NCBI GenBank assembly: GCA_020832005.1
Contig: JAFIFN010000001.1
Span: forward strand, 9,775-73,774
Length of the DNA stretch: 64,000 bases
Reading direction: 5' to 3'
Source of the DNA: Gammaproteobacteria bacterium
GTDB lineage: Bacteria; Pseudomonadota; Gammaproteobacteria; Steroidobacterales; PWYM01
Positions within the stretch are counted from its first letter, which is position 1. Each line of letters starts with the position of its first letter. The notes beneath the pieces are model-generated. The model made no database searches. It had not been told where the DNA came from and saw only the letters and a program-made list of their open reading frames with translations. The position numbers were made by a program, and so were the translations under genes. Shown here piece after piece: positions 1 through 8,804 of this stretch.

Positions 1-1629
1 GGCGAGCAGGTTCTTGAGCACCTTGAGTATCGTGCCAAGTTCAAGCGTCTTGGGCACCAGGCTTTCAACGAGTTTCGGATGACTGCCGGCCAGCACATCG
101 AGGAGTTTCTGCACCTCTTCATGGCCGAGCAGTTCGTGGGCGTGCTCCTTGAGCACCCTGCTCAGGTGCGTGGCAATCACGGTGGACACATCGACCACCG
201 TGTAACCCAGCGATTGCGCCTGCTCACGGGTCGATGGCTCAATCCACACAGCATCGAGACCGAATGCCGGATCTTTCGTCGTAAGCCCTGGCACGCTGCC
301 GTAGACGCGACCCGGGTTGATCGCCAGGTCCCGGTCGGGCTGCACCTCGCCTTCGGCCAGCGGCACGCCCAGCACGCTGACCCGATACCCCGTGGGCGGC
401 AGCTCGAGGTTGTCGCGGATGTGTACGGGATGGAGCAGGAAACCGAGTTCCTGGGAGAGCTTGCGGCGCACCCCCTTGATACGTGTCATCAGGCTGCCGC
501 CCTGCGAGGCGTCTACCAGCGGAATCAATCGGTAGCCCAACTCCAGGCCGACCAGGTCGACGGCCGGCACGTCCTCCCAGGACAGCTCCCGGTCCTCACC
601 ACCGCTGAGCGGTGCCGGTGCGGCGCTTGTCGTCTCGGGCGACTCGGCGGCCTGCTGGTTGCGCCGGATCAACCAGGCCAGGCCGCCCATCAGCGCGGCC
701 AGCATCAGGAACACCGTCGCCGGCATGCCCGGCACCAGGCCCATGACGCCGATGACACCGGCGACCGTGAACAGCGCGCGCGGGTTGCTCAGCAGCTGAC
801 GGTTGACCTCCTCGCCCATGTCGCGTGCGGCAGATACCCGGGTGACGATGATGGCGGTGGCCGTGGACAGCAGCAGCGAAGGAATCTGTGCGACCAGCCC
901 GTCGCCGATCGTCAGCAGGACATAGTTCGTAGCCGCATCGCCCAGCGACATCGCGTGCGACACGGTGCCGATGATCAGGCCACCGATGATGTTGATGAAC
1001 AGGATCAGGATGCCGGCGATGGCATCGCCGCGCACGAACTTGCTGGCGCCATCCATGGAGCCGTAGAAGTCCGCCTCCTGGGCCACCTCCTCACGACGCG
1101 CCTTGGCCTCTTCCTGCGTCAGGATACCGGCGTTCAGATCGGCGTCGATGGCCATCTGCTTGCCGGGCATCGCATCCAGGGTGAAACGCGCGCTGACCTC
1201 GGAGACGCGTCCGGCGCCCTTGGTCACGACGACGAAGTTGATGATCACCAGGATCGCGAACACCACCAGACCAACCGCGTAGTTGCCCCCGATGACGAAT
1301 TCGCCGAAGGCCTCGATGACCCTGCCGGCCGCATCGGTGCCGGTATGACCGTTGAGCAGCACCACACGGGTCGATGCGATATTCAGCGCCAGACGCAGCA
1401 GCGTGGCCACCAGCAGAATGGTCGGAAACACGCTGAAGTCCAGCGGACGCGCGCTGTAGACGGACATCAGGATGACCACCAGCGCCAGAGCGATATTGAA
1501 CGTGAAAAACACGTCCAGCAGCAGCGGTGGCAGCGGGATGACCATCATGGTCAGCAGCGCGATCAGCAGCAGCGGTGTGCCCAGTCCGAGCAGTTTCAGG
1601 CGATTCCCGGGGTCTGACAGTGCGCTCAT
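1..1629 (-). CDS. flhA: Flagellar export gate protein FlhA, N-terminal ~543 codons (3' end lies beyond window start)
   Basis: Absent from the ORF track because it runs off the window. My reverse translation from ATG 1629-1627 reads MSALSDPGNRLKLLGLGTPLLLIALLTMMVIPLPPLLLDVFFTFNIALALVV...RFTLDAMPGKQMAIDADLNAG...ASKFVRGDAIAGILI, matching the FHIPEP/FlhA family. The start overlaps the flhB stop (TGATG). The listed + ORF 79-1617 is its antisense shadow. Confidence 0.93.
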   Translation of the reverse strand, partial: MSALSDPGNRLKLLGLGTPLLLIALLTMMVIPLPPLLLDVFFTFNIALALVVILMSVYSARPLDFSVFPTILLVATLLRLALNIASTRVVLLNGHTGTDAAGRVIEAFGEFVIGGNYAVGLVVFAILVIINFVVVTKGAGRVSEVSARFTLDAMPGKQMAIDADLNAGILTQEEAKARREEVAQEADFYGSMDGASKFVRGDAIAGILILFINIIGGLIIGTVSHAMSLGDAATNYVLLTIGDGLVAQIPSLLLSTATAIIVTRVSAARDMGEEVNRQLLSNPRALFTVAGVIGVMGLVPGMPATVFLMLAALMGGLAWLIRRNQQAAESPETTSAAPAPLSGGEDRELSWEDVPAVDLVGLELGYRLIPLVDASQGGSLMTRIKGVRRKLSQELGFLLHPVHIRDNLELPPTGYRVSVLGVPLAEGEVQPDRDLAINPGRVYGSVPGLTTKDPAFGLDAVWIEPSTREQAQSLGYTVVDVSTVIATHLSRVLKEHAHELLGHEEVQKLLDVLAGSHPKLVESLVPKTLELGTILKVLKNLLA

Positions 1630-2777
1630 CAGCGATTCCTTCGCGGCTTCAGCAGTTCATCGGGCACCGGCAGCGCCTGTGGCAGTGGCGGAGAATTGAC
1701 GCCTGTGCTCCTTGCTGATCTGACTTGCATGACCCATGCCAAAACGCGCGCCACGGCAAGATACAGCGCGGCGGGAATCTCCTCGCCGATACGACAGTTG
1801 AAATAGATGGCCCGCGCCAGCGGTGGCGCCGCACACAGGGGCACTCGATGCTCAGCGGCCAGTTCGCGAATGCGCGCGGCAACCAGATCGCGGCCCATGG
1901 CGACGACACGTGGGGCGCGATCCGGACGATCGGTGTAGCGCAGGGCTACAGCGTAGTGGGTCGGGTTGGTGATGATGACGTCGGCCAGTGGCACCTGTTC
2001 CATCATTCTTCGCGAAGCAACTTCCTGCTGCATGCGCCGGATACGCCCGCGCATCTCAGGATTGCCCTCGGTCTGCTTGAGTTCGTCCTTGACCTCCTGG
2101 CGGGTCATGCGCAGCTGCTTGAAGTGATTCCACAGCTGGAACGGCACATCCACCGCAGCGATCAGGACCAGGCCGCCGGCCAGAGTCAGAAAGGACAGCT
2201 GCACCATGCGCGCAGCCTCCGCCATGCCCTGCAGGTACGCGCCATTGCCCAGCGAGAGCAGCCTATCGGACAGCGACCACAACAGCGCACCGGAAATACC
2301 CGCGAGTACGACGAACTTGAGCAGGGTCTTGCCCAGCTCCATCAGGCCCTGCGCGGAGAAGATGCGCTTGAGGCCCTTGGGCACACTGAGCCGGTCGAGT
2401 TTCGGCCGTGCCGCCTCGGCGCTGAACACCAGGCCACCCAGCACCGCGGGACCACCCAGGGCAGCCACGATCAGCACAAACAACAATGGTGCCAGCAGCA
2501 CCATGGCCTCGCGTACGGCACCCGACAGCGAGGCGATCGGGTCGGCACTGGCAGAGCCCGACATTCCGGCAGTGCCAAGCCGATCGATCATCACGCCCTG
2601 TAGCCCGCCGAGCATCCACTCGCCCAGCACCAGAATGGCGCCTGCGCCCACCAGCATGACTGTCATGGTGTTGAGTTCACGCGAGCGTGGCACCTGGCCC
2701 TTGCGCCGCGCATCGAGCAGCCGTTTGGGCGTGGGTTGTTCGGTCTTCTCCTGGGCCGGTTGGTTGTTCTCGCTCAT
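1629..2777 (-). CDS. flhB: Flagellar export switch protein FlhB
   Basis: 382 aa. N-terminal EKTEQPTPKRLLDARRKGQVPRSRELN and the autocleavage site NPTHYAVAL. Four TM segments. Start/stop overlaps with fliR and flhA. Confidence 0.95.
   Translation of the reverse strand: MSENNQPAQEKTEQPTPKRLLDARRKGQVPRSRELNTMTVMLVGAGAILVLGEWMLGGLQGVMIDRLGTAGMSGSASADPIASLSGAVREAMVLLAPLLFVLIVAALGGPAVLGGLVFSAEAARPKLDRLSVPKGLKRIFSAQGLMELGKTLLKFVVLAGISGALLWSLSDRLLSLGNGAYLQGMAEAARMVQLSFLTLAGGLVLIAAVDVPFQLWNHFKQLRMTRQEVKDELKQTEGNPEMRGRIRRMQQEVASRRMMEQVPLADVIITNPTHYAVALRYTDRPDRAPRVVAMGRDLVAARIRELAAEHRVPLCAAPPLARAIYFNCRIGEEIPAALYLAVARVLAWVMQVRSARSTGVNSPPLPQALPVPDELLKPRRNR
1726..1741 (-). promoter_or_regulatory. Possible internal sigma54 -24/-12 element for flhA: TGGCAT-gggtc-ATGCA
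   Basis: Reverse complement of tgcatgacccatgcca. It lies inside the flhB 3' end, ~85-100 nt upstream of the flhA ATG. GG-N10-GC spacing is correct, but the -12 region is ATGC rather than TTGC. Confidence 0.4.
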
Positions 2778-3562
2778 CGGGCTGCACCGAGCACCGTACG
2801 GGCGTGTTCAAGGCCGGCCTGCAGCACCTCTTCGAACTGCGCCCCAAGCGAGGGCATACTGAAGGTCAGCACGACGAGACCCAGCAGCAGGGTCATCGGA
2901 AAGCCCACAGCAAACACGTTCAACTGCGGCGCACTTCTGGCGATCATGCCCATCGACACATTGGCCACCAGCAGCGAGGCCGAGGCAGGCAGCGCGACGA
3001 ATACGGCCGAGGCAAACATGTCGCTGCCCCAACTCACCAGCTGCTGGAAGCCCGCACCGGCCAGCCCACCGGCAGCTGGCGGCAGCACCTGGAAGCTGTC
3101 GACCAGCAACGCCAGCAGCGCAAGGTGGCCATCCATGGCCAGAAACAACAGGGTCGAGAAGATCACGAAGTACTGACCGACGAGCGGCACACTGCCGCCG
3201 CGCTCGGGATCAACCATGCTCGCAAAGGCCAGGCCCATGGACAGGGCCACCAGCTCGCCGGCCATGGCCATCGCCGAGAACACCATCTGCAACACGAAGC
3301 CCAGCGTCACGCCGATCAGGATCTCGCGTAGCACAAGCGCAGCACCCGGCAAAGACAGGGGATCGACATCCACCGGGGTATCGATCAGCGGGTACACCAC
3401 CAGTGCGAGCAGCATCGCCAGGGTGATCCGCACGCGCACCGGTACGGTGCGTGCACCGAACATAGGTGCCGCCACAAGCAACGCGCCGATGCGAACAAAG
3501 GGCCAGAAGTATCCCGTCAACCACGCCGTCAACTGCCCTTCGGAGATCTCGAGCAGGGCCAT
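2774..3562 (-). CDS. fliR: Flagellar export apparatus protein FliR
   Basis: 262 aa polytopic membrane protein. Sits between fliQ and flhB with an ATGA overlap to flhB. Confidence 0.9.
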   Translation of the reverse strand: MALLEISEGQLTAWLTGYFWPFVRIGALLVAAPMFGARTVPVRVRITLAMLLALVVYPLIDTPVDVDPLSLPGAALVLREILIGVTLGFVLQMVFSAMAMAGELVALSMGLAFASMVDPERGGSVPLVGQYFVIFSTLLFLAMDGHLALLALLVDSFQVLPPAAGGLAGAGFQQLVSWGSDMFASAVFVALPASASLLVANVSMGMIARSAPQLNVFAVGFPMTLLLGLVVLTFSMPSLGAQFEEVLQAGLEHARTVLGAAR

Positions 3563-3568
3563 GGGGTA

Positions 3569-3844
3569 TCAGCCGATCAGCATCGGGATGTCGAGCACCA
3601 GCTCGCGAAACCAGTCGAGCATCATCGACAGCATCCAGGGGCCTGCGATCACCAGCACGCCGACAATGCCCAGCAGCTTGGGGATGAACGACAGGGTCAT
3701 CTCCTGGATCTGCGTGGCCGCCTGGATCATGCCGATGACAAGACCGATCACCAGTGCGGTCAGCAGAATCGGTGCGGCCAGCAGCATGGCGATCCACATC
3801 GCCTGGTTACCTACCTGCAGAACATCTTCGATCATCATGTGCAA
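3569..3844 (-). CDS. fliQ: Flagellar export apparatus protein FliQ
   Basis: 91 aa with two TM helices (...QAMWIAMLLAAPILLTALVIGLVIGMIQAATQIQEMTLSFIPK...), a FliQ/EscS-like pattern. Position fliP-fliQ-fliR. Confidence 0.9.
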   Translation of the reverse strand: MHMMIEDVLQVGNQAMWIAMLLAAPILLTALVIGLVIGMIQAATQIQEMTLSFIPKLLGIVGVLVIAGPWMLSMMLDWFRELVLDIPMLIG

Positions 3845-3875
3845 GGGCCCTGATACGCGTATCGCGCAGTTGGAT

Positions 3876-4643
3876 TTACAGGAAAAAGCTGCCCGCCAGC
3901 GTGGTCATCACCAGTGACCAGCCGTCCACGAGCACGAACAGCATGATCTTGAACGGCAGCGAGATGATCAGTGGCGAGAGCATGACCATGCCCATCGACA
4001 TCAGCACACTGGCCACGACGAGGTCGATGATCAGGAACGGAATGAGCAGCAGGAAACCGATCTGGAAGGCTGTCTTGAGCTCGCTGGTCACGAAGGCGGG
4101 CAACAGCAGCGTGAAAGGTACATCTGCGGTGTCCTGAAACGGTTCGTGGCCACCGAGACTGGCGAACATCGCAAGATCGGTCTCGCGGGTGTGTGCCAGC
4201 ATGAACTCGCGCACCGGCTCGCTGGCCGCCTGCAGTGCCTGCATGGGTGCCAGCTCCTCGGCCACGTACGGCGTGATGGCGTCCTGGTACACGCGATCGC
4301 CGACCGGCGCCATGATGAACATGGTCAGAAACAACGCGATGCCCAGCATGACCTGGTTGGAAGGCGTCTGCTGGGTGCCCAGGCCCTGGCGCAGGATGGC
4401 CAGTACGATGATGATGCGGGTGAACGAGGTCATGGTGATGAGCAGCGCCGGGATCACGCTCAGCGCCGTCATGAATAACAGCACCTGCAGACTCACCGAG
4501 TAGGTCTGTGCGCCTTCTTCACCACCGGTCACGGTCAGCAAGTCCAGCGCAGCCTGTGCGTGTGCGCCCGATGTGACCAGCACACCGGACAGCAACAGGA
4601 CACCACACGCGGCAATGCGAAAACCCGCCGCCATGCTGATCAC
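3876..4643 (-). CDS. fliP: Flagellar export apparatus protein FliP
   Basis: 255 aa. Signal-like N-terminus, then the conserved [40 protein letters not shown] and [13 protein letters not shown] blocks typical of FliP. Confidence 0.93.
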   Translation of the reverse strand: MISMAAGFRIAACGVLLLSGVLVTSGAHAQAALDLLTVTGGEEGAQTYSVSLQVLLFMTALSVIPALLITMTSFTRIIIVLAILRQGLGTQQTPSNQVMLGIALFLTMFIMAPVGDRVYQDAITPYVAEELAPMQALQAASEPVREFMLAHTRETDLAMFASLGGHEPFQDTADVPFTLLLPAFVTSELKTAFQIGFLLLIPFLIIDLVVASVLMSMGMVMLSPLIISLPFKIMLFVLVDGWSLVMTTLAGSFFL

Positions 4644-5086
4644 GAATCTCTCCCGCCCAGCGTGCGCGAAAGCCAGCTGCCGGACTGACCGCCAGGGTCG
4701 CTGCGCAGATCGGCCGGTGCCTGGACCGGTTCATCGAGCACGTGCAGCGTATTGACGCGCCCCGGTGCGACGCCGAGCATCACCTGGCGATTGCCCACTT
4801 CAAGCAAGACCACGCGTTCGCGCTGGCCCACCGGCAGCGAGGCGACCACGCGAAACCCGCGGCCGCCAGTCAGGGCGCGACCGCCCAGGCGCGGCAACAG
4901 CCGCGAGAGCACAAACACCATGGCAAGCACGAAGACCAGACCGGCGATCAGGCGCATGAGCTGTGCGCCGGCACTCGGGGCAGCCTCGGCCGCAGCCGCA
5001 GCGATCGACGGAAACAGCAGCGCGGGCACGACCACGGCCAGGCCGTGCAGATACGCGCCGTGTGAACACCTGATCATGCGCCGCAC
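4640..5086 (-). CDS. fliO: Flagellar protein FliO
   Basis: 148 aa with a single TM ([20 protein letters not shown]) followed by [28 protein letters not shown]. Lies between fliN and fliP and overlaps the fliP start. Confidence 0.8.
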   Translation of the reverse strand: MRRMIRCSHGAYLHGLAVVVPALLFPSIAAAAAEAAPSAGAQLMRLIAGLVFVLAMVFVLSRLLPRLGGRALTGGRGFRVVASLPVGQRERVVLLEVGNRQVMLGVAPGRVNTLHVLDEPVQAPADLRSDPGGQSGSWLSRTLGGRDS

Positions 5087-5088
5087 GC

Positions 5089-5583
5089 CTACTTCAGCTT
5101 GCGCACGCGCTCGGCGGGACTGACCACATCGGTCAGGCGAATGCCGAAGCGCTCGTTGACGACCACGACCTCACCGTGAGCGATCAGCGTGCCGTTGACC
5201 AGGACGTCCATGGGCTCACCGGCAAGCTGATCGAGTTCGACAATCGAACCCTGGTTGAGCTGCAGCAGGCTACGGATTGGCAGGCGTGTGCGCCCGATCT
5301 CCATGGATACTGTCACCGGAATGTCCAGGATGACATCGAGGTTGCGGTCGCTGGTCGCTCCCGTTCTGGCAGACGCCGGGCTCGTGCCATCCAGCTCGGG
5401 CATCTCGACCGGCTGTGCCTGCCCGACCTGGTTACCGGGCGCACTGCTGCCCGCCTGTCTCTGCTCGGCCATCGCCGAGTCCCAATCGCCGCCGGCAGAG
5501 TCATCTGCCGCTGGGTCGGTCTGTGCTTGTTCCGTCATATCACTGTCACTCCATTCGAGCTTTGGATTCGCGCCCGACAGCAC
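5089..5583 (-). CDS. fliN: Flagellar motor switch protein FliN
   Basis: 164 aa. C-terminal SpoA/FliN domain LDVILDIPVTVSMEIGRTRLPIRSLLQLNQGSIVELDQLAGEPMDVLVNGTLIAHGEVVVVNERFGIRLTDVV. Confidence 0.95.
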   Translation of the reverse strand: MLSGANPKLEWSDSDMTEQAQTDPAADDSAGGDWDSAMAEQRQAGSSAPGNQVGQAQPVEMPELDGTSPASARTGATSDRNLDVILDIPVTVSMEIGRTRLPIRSLLQLNQGSIVELDQLAGEPMDVLVNGTLIAHGEVVVVNERFGIRLTDVVSPAERVRKLK

Positions 5584-5616
5584 GCTCTGAGACTGCGCCG
5601 GGTGGTTTGGATGAAA

Positions 5617-6612
5617 TCAGCAATCGGCATCCAGCGACCCGCGTGCGATGGGCTGCAGTATCTGCAGCGCATTCTGGCCATCCGCGACCCCTACACGAGC
5701 GCGAAACAGCGGCACTTCTTCAGCGCACAACGTGACAACATCGGGGAGCTCAACCGGCAGGATGTCGCCCGCCTTGAGCTCCAGGACGCGACCCAGCGTC
5801 ATGTGGGTCTCCACCAAGCTGCTGTGGACCTCGACTTCAGCGGCCTTCATCTCATGGCGAATCGAGCGCGACCAGCGCTCGTCGCGACTGCCGCGATCAC
5901 TCTGGATACCGGCATCGAGCAGTTCGCGGATCGGCTCGAGCATCGAATAGGGCAGCGTCATGTGCAGCTCTCCATTGATGCCATCCATGTCCAGCGAGAA
6001 CGAGGAGATCACCACTACTTCGGTGGGACTGACGATATTGGCGAACTGCGGGTTGACCTCCGAGTTGATGTACTCGAACTCCACCGGCATCAGCGCCGTC
6101 CACGCCTCCGTCATATCGGCGAACACGCGAGCGAGCGTCATCTCGATGACCCTGTTTTCCATTGCCGTGAACTCACGCCCCTCGACGCGATTCTGGAACC
6201 GGCCATCACCACCGAAATAGTTGTCTACCAGCGCGAACACCAGGCGAGCATCGAGTACGATCAGGCCGGTACCGCGCAACGGCGAGACGCGAATCATGTT
6301 CAATGACGTGGGAAGGGCCAGCGTATGCGTGTACTCAGAGAACTTAGCCAGACGCACGCCCTGGAAAGAAATATCTACCGCCCGGTGAACCAGGTTGAAC
6401 AGGCTGACCCGAAAGCTGCGCGAGAAGCGATTGCCAATCATCTCCAGCGTCGGCATGCGACCGCGAACAATTCGTTCATGCGCCGTCAGGTCCACCGCTC
6501 GGGCTACACCATCGCGCAAGTGCAGGTCATTCTCTGTACTCACATCACCGCTGTCGACCCCATGCAGCAGGGCATCGATCTCATCCTGGGACAGAATTTC
6601 GTTGACGGACAT
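5617..6612 (-). CDS. fliM: Flagellar motor switch protein FliM
   Basis: 331 aa. N-terminal LSQDEIDALL (CheY-P binding motif), a central FliM domain and a C-terminal SpoA-like domain. Confidence 0.95.
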   Translation of the reverse strand: MSVNEILSQDEIDALLHGVDSGDVSTENDLHLRDGVARAVDLTAHERIVRGRMPTLEMIGNRFSRSFRVSLFNLVHRAVDISFQGVRLAKFSEYTHTLALPTSLNMIRVSPLRGTGLIVLDARLVFALVDNYFGGDGRFQNRVEGREFTAMENRVIEMTLARVFADMTEAWTALMPVEFEYINSEVNPQFANIVSPTEVVVISSFSLDMDGINGELHMTLPYSMLEPIRELLDAGIQSDRGSRDERWSRSIRHEMKAAEVEVHSSLVETHMTLGRVLELKAGDILPVELPDVVTLCAEEVPLFRARVGVADGQNALQILQPIARGSLDADC

Positions 6613-6621
6613 CGCAGCGCC

Positions 6622-7134
6622 CTACTGCATCACGAAAGAGGTGAAGTACAGGGACTCAATCCCCGGCTCGCCGTAGCGCGCCTGCAGTACCGCCTGGATT
6701 TCAGCGAGCGCCTCGCGCTGCAGATTCTCCTTGCCCTCGCGAGTGGCCAGCGCGTCGCTGTTCTGGTCGCTGAGCAGCATGATCAGGTTGTTGCGGATCA
6801 CTGCGTTGTGGCTGCGCAGGGCCTCGATGGCCTTCGGATCACGCGACATCACCTCAATGCCGACCTGCAGATAGCGGGTGCGCGAGCCGCCACGAAAATT
6901 CACAACCAGGTTGGAATCCAGCGTGTGATAGATCGGTTGACGACGATCCGTCGCATCAGCATCCGCTGGCTCGTTCGCAATGCCTGTACCCGGAATGAGT
7001 CCGGCGTACCAGGCACCGCCTGCACCACCCGCTGCCAGAAGCAGCACAATCGTGATCCAGACCAGCCCCTTGCCTCTGGCCTTGCCCGCGGGCGCCGCCT
7101 CCTGTTCCAGGACCACTGCTTCTTCTGCACTCAT
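6622..7134 (-). CDS. fliL: Flagellar basal-body-associated protein FliL
   Basis: 170 aa. One TM (LVWITIVLLLAAGGAGGAWYA) followed by the FliL-type block YHTLDSNLVVNF...YLQVGIEVM....LRSHNAVIRNNLIMLLS. First gene after a sigma54 promoter. Confidence 0.88.
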   Translation of the reverse strand: MSAEEAVVLEQEAAPAGKARGKGLVWITIVLLLAAGGAGGAWYAGLIPGTGIANEPADADATDRRQPIYHTLDSNLVVNFRGGSRTRYLQVGIEVMSRDPKAIEALRSHNAVIRNNLIMLLSDQNSDALATREGKENLQREALAEIQAVLQARYGEPGIESLYFTSFVMQ

Positions 7135-7168
7135 TTGCCTTGCCTCCGGATGACTACGAAGGTTTCAA

Positions 7169-7184
7169 AGCAATAGTCGTGCCA
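7169..7184 (-). promoter_or_regulatory. sigma54 (RpoN) -24/-12 promoter of the fliLMNOPQR-flhB operon: TGGCAC-gacta-TTGCT
   Basis: Reverse complement of agcaatagtcgtgcca, a perfect consensus 35-50 nt upstream of the fliL ATG. An unusually AT-rich block (7190-7235) lies just upstream. Confidence 0.8.
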
Positions 7185-7307
7185 TGTCTGAGATTTTCAT
7201 CTAATATATTGTTTATTAAGTTTTTTTATTTTTCTGCCAGATGGATCGAGGCTTGTGGATTGGGGGTAGACGGAAATTTGACGCATGCTGTCCGAAACGA
7301 TCAGGCA

Positions 7308-7335
7308 GGTGCGCGCCGGAGAACCGGCGCACGCC
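7308..7335 (-). terminator. GC-rich stem-loop immediately after the fliK stop (possible terminator)
   Basis: Minus-strand RNA GGCGUGCGCCGG-UUCU-CCGGCGCGCACC: 9 contiguous pairs including one G-U, then one mismatch and 2 more pairs. It starts 1 nt after the stop codon. No clean U-tract follows. Confidence 0.45.
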
Positions 7336-7336
7336 T

Positions 7337-8269
7337 TCAGGCGAAAGTATCAATGAGAGCGTAGCCGTGGACCGACTGGACTGAGCGCGCTGGTGCATCA
7401 GCCTCGGAATCCGCACCGAGCCCGCTGTCCTCGCCTGCCAAGGCGTCCTGAGTAGAATCGCTGCGCTTGCGCTGCTCATCACGCTCGCCGCCGCCCACCT
7501 CGGCGTGACCCAGATCAAGTCCCTGTTCGGCCAAGGTCTCTCGCAGTCGGGGCAGGGCATTTTCCAGTGCCTCACGCACCGCGGCATGTGGTGAGGCCAT
7601 GCTCACCTGCAGGCCGTCGCCCTCCAGCCGGATCCGGATCTCGATCGGCCCCAGGTGTTCGGGATGTACCCGCACACGGGCATCCTGGATGCCCTGTTGC
7701 GCGAACACCAGCACGCGCTGCGCCAGGGCCTGGTCGAATCCCGGCTGCTGCGGGCTCATCGCGGCACCGGCCTGGCCGACCGGAACCATCACTGCCGCCA
7801 GCCCCGTGCGCACTGCGGATCCGGCCAGGCCGGGCAGTCCTGCATCGACGCCGCCAGAGTCCCGACGCAGCAGCTGCTGGCCGAACGTCGAGGCCAGCGG
7901 GTCACCTGCTGCATGGCCGCCCAGGCGCGCAGCCGTCGCCAGCATGCCTGCATTGCGCAGCAGGCCGTCATCATCGTCAGCCTGCGCCAGTGCCTGCGAG
8001 AACTCGGCAAGTGGCAACAAGTTGCCGTCAGGCGGCATTGTCCTGCCGGCCTGGCCATCTGCTGCGTTCCTCGCGGCCAGCGCATGAACTGCCGCGCCAC
8101 CGGGCGCCGCGGTCATGACCACCGGCTGGTTGAGCGCTGCCAGCACCAGCGCGAATTCGGGATTCGCCGCGTCCACGGCCTCGTCCGCAGTCTCTGCAGG
8201 CGGGCTCGCAGGCTCACCGATCTTGGTTCCAGCCTTGAATTCGATGCCTGATCCCGTCGCTACCAGCAT
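7337..8269 (-). CDS. fliK: Flagellar hook-length control protein FliK
   Basis: C-terminal Flg_hook block VRVHPEHLGPIEIRIRLEGDGLQVSMASPHAAVREALENALPRLRETLAEQGLDLGHAEVG. I place the start at ATG 8269 (MLVATGSGIEF; AGGAG upstream) because a sigma54 promoter lies inside the longer ORF listed to 8452. Confidence 0.85.
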   Translation of the reverse strand: MLVATGSGIEFKAGTKIGEPASPPAETADEAVDAANPEFALVLAALNQPVVMTAAPGGAAVHALAARNAADGQAGRTMPPDGNLLPLAEFSQALAQADDDDGLLRNAGMLATAARLGGHAAGDPLASTFGQQLLRRDSGGVDAGLPGLAGSAVRTGLAAVMVPVGQAGAAMSPQQPGFDQALAQRVLVFAQQGIQDARVRVHPEHLGPIEIRIRLEGDGLQVSMASPHAAVREALENALPRLRETLAEQGLDLGHAEVGGGERDEQRKRSDSTQDALAGEDSGLGADSEADAPARSVQSVHGYALIDTFA

Positions 8270-8320
8270 GACCCGATGCTCCTGCGCCTGCGCGCGTTGC
8301 TGATTCCTGCAAGGTTTCCA

Positions 8321-8336
8321 AGCAAGTCCTGTGCCA
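8321..8336 (-). promoter_or_regulatory. sigma54 -24/-12 promoter of fliK: TGGCAC-aggac-TTGCT
   Basis: Reverse complement of agcaagtcctgtgcca, in the fliJ-fliK gap ~55 nt upstream of ATG 8269. Confidence 0.8.
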
Positions 8337-8351
8337 ACCGGCAAGCCCTGG

Positions 8352-8804
8352 TCAGTGCGCGTTGCCAGCGGCCAGACGGCGTGCGGACGCCTGCAGAGCA
8401 AGATCGTCCTGCTGACGCTGCTCTGTGCGACGTGCGTCGAGCGCGGCGCCATCCATACGCTTCTCGATCAGTTTCTCCATCGCCTGTCGCTGCATCCGCG
8501 CTGACAACCAGCGCGCGCGGGCAGCCTCAAGGCGTTGTCTGCATGCCGAGACCTGACGGCGTTGAGCCTCCAGCGTCTGTTCAAGTTGCGACAGGAACTG
8601 GTGCTGACCGCGCAGGCGACGAAGATCCACCGTGCCCGTCAGGGTGGATGCGTGGTACTCATCCACATAGATCTCTACCGCGTGGAGACGCTCCTCCTCT
8701 TCGGCCAGCTTGGTCTGCGCGATGCGCAGCGCCTCACCCGCCTGACGCTCCTCTTCACGCTTCATACCTGCGACGACTTCAAGTTGAGCGTGCTGACGGG
8801 TCAT
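8352..8804 (-). CDS. fliJ: Flagellar export chaperone/stalk protein FliJ
   Basis: 150 aa, all-helical and Q/R/E-rich coiled coil. Overlaps the fliI stop (ATGA) at the canonical fliI-fliJ position. Confidence 0.85.
   Translation of the reverse strand: MTRQHAQLEVVAGMKREEERQAGEALRIAQTKLAEEEERLHAVEIYVDEYHASTLTGTVDLRRLRGQHQFLSQLEQTLEAQRRQVSACRQRLEAARARWLSARMQRQAMEKLIEKRMDGAALDARRTEQRQQDDLALQASARRLAAGNAH

Noticed and set aside
79-1617. 512-aa plus-strand ORF, the longest ORF listed at the window start
   Set aside because: It is exactly antisense to an unmistakable FlhA reading frame. Its translation is a low-complexity H/Q/R/D-rich string with no motif. This is a typical antisense shadow ORF in GC-rich DNA.
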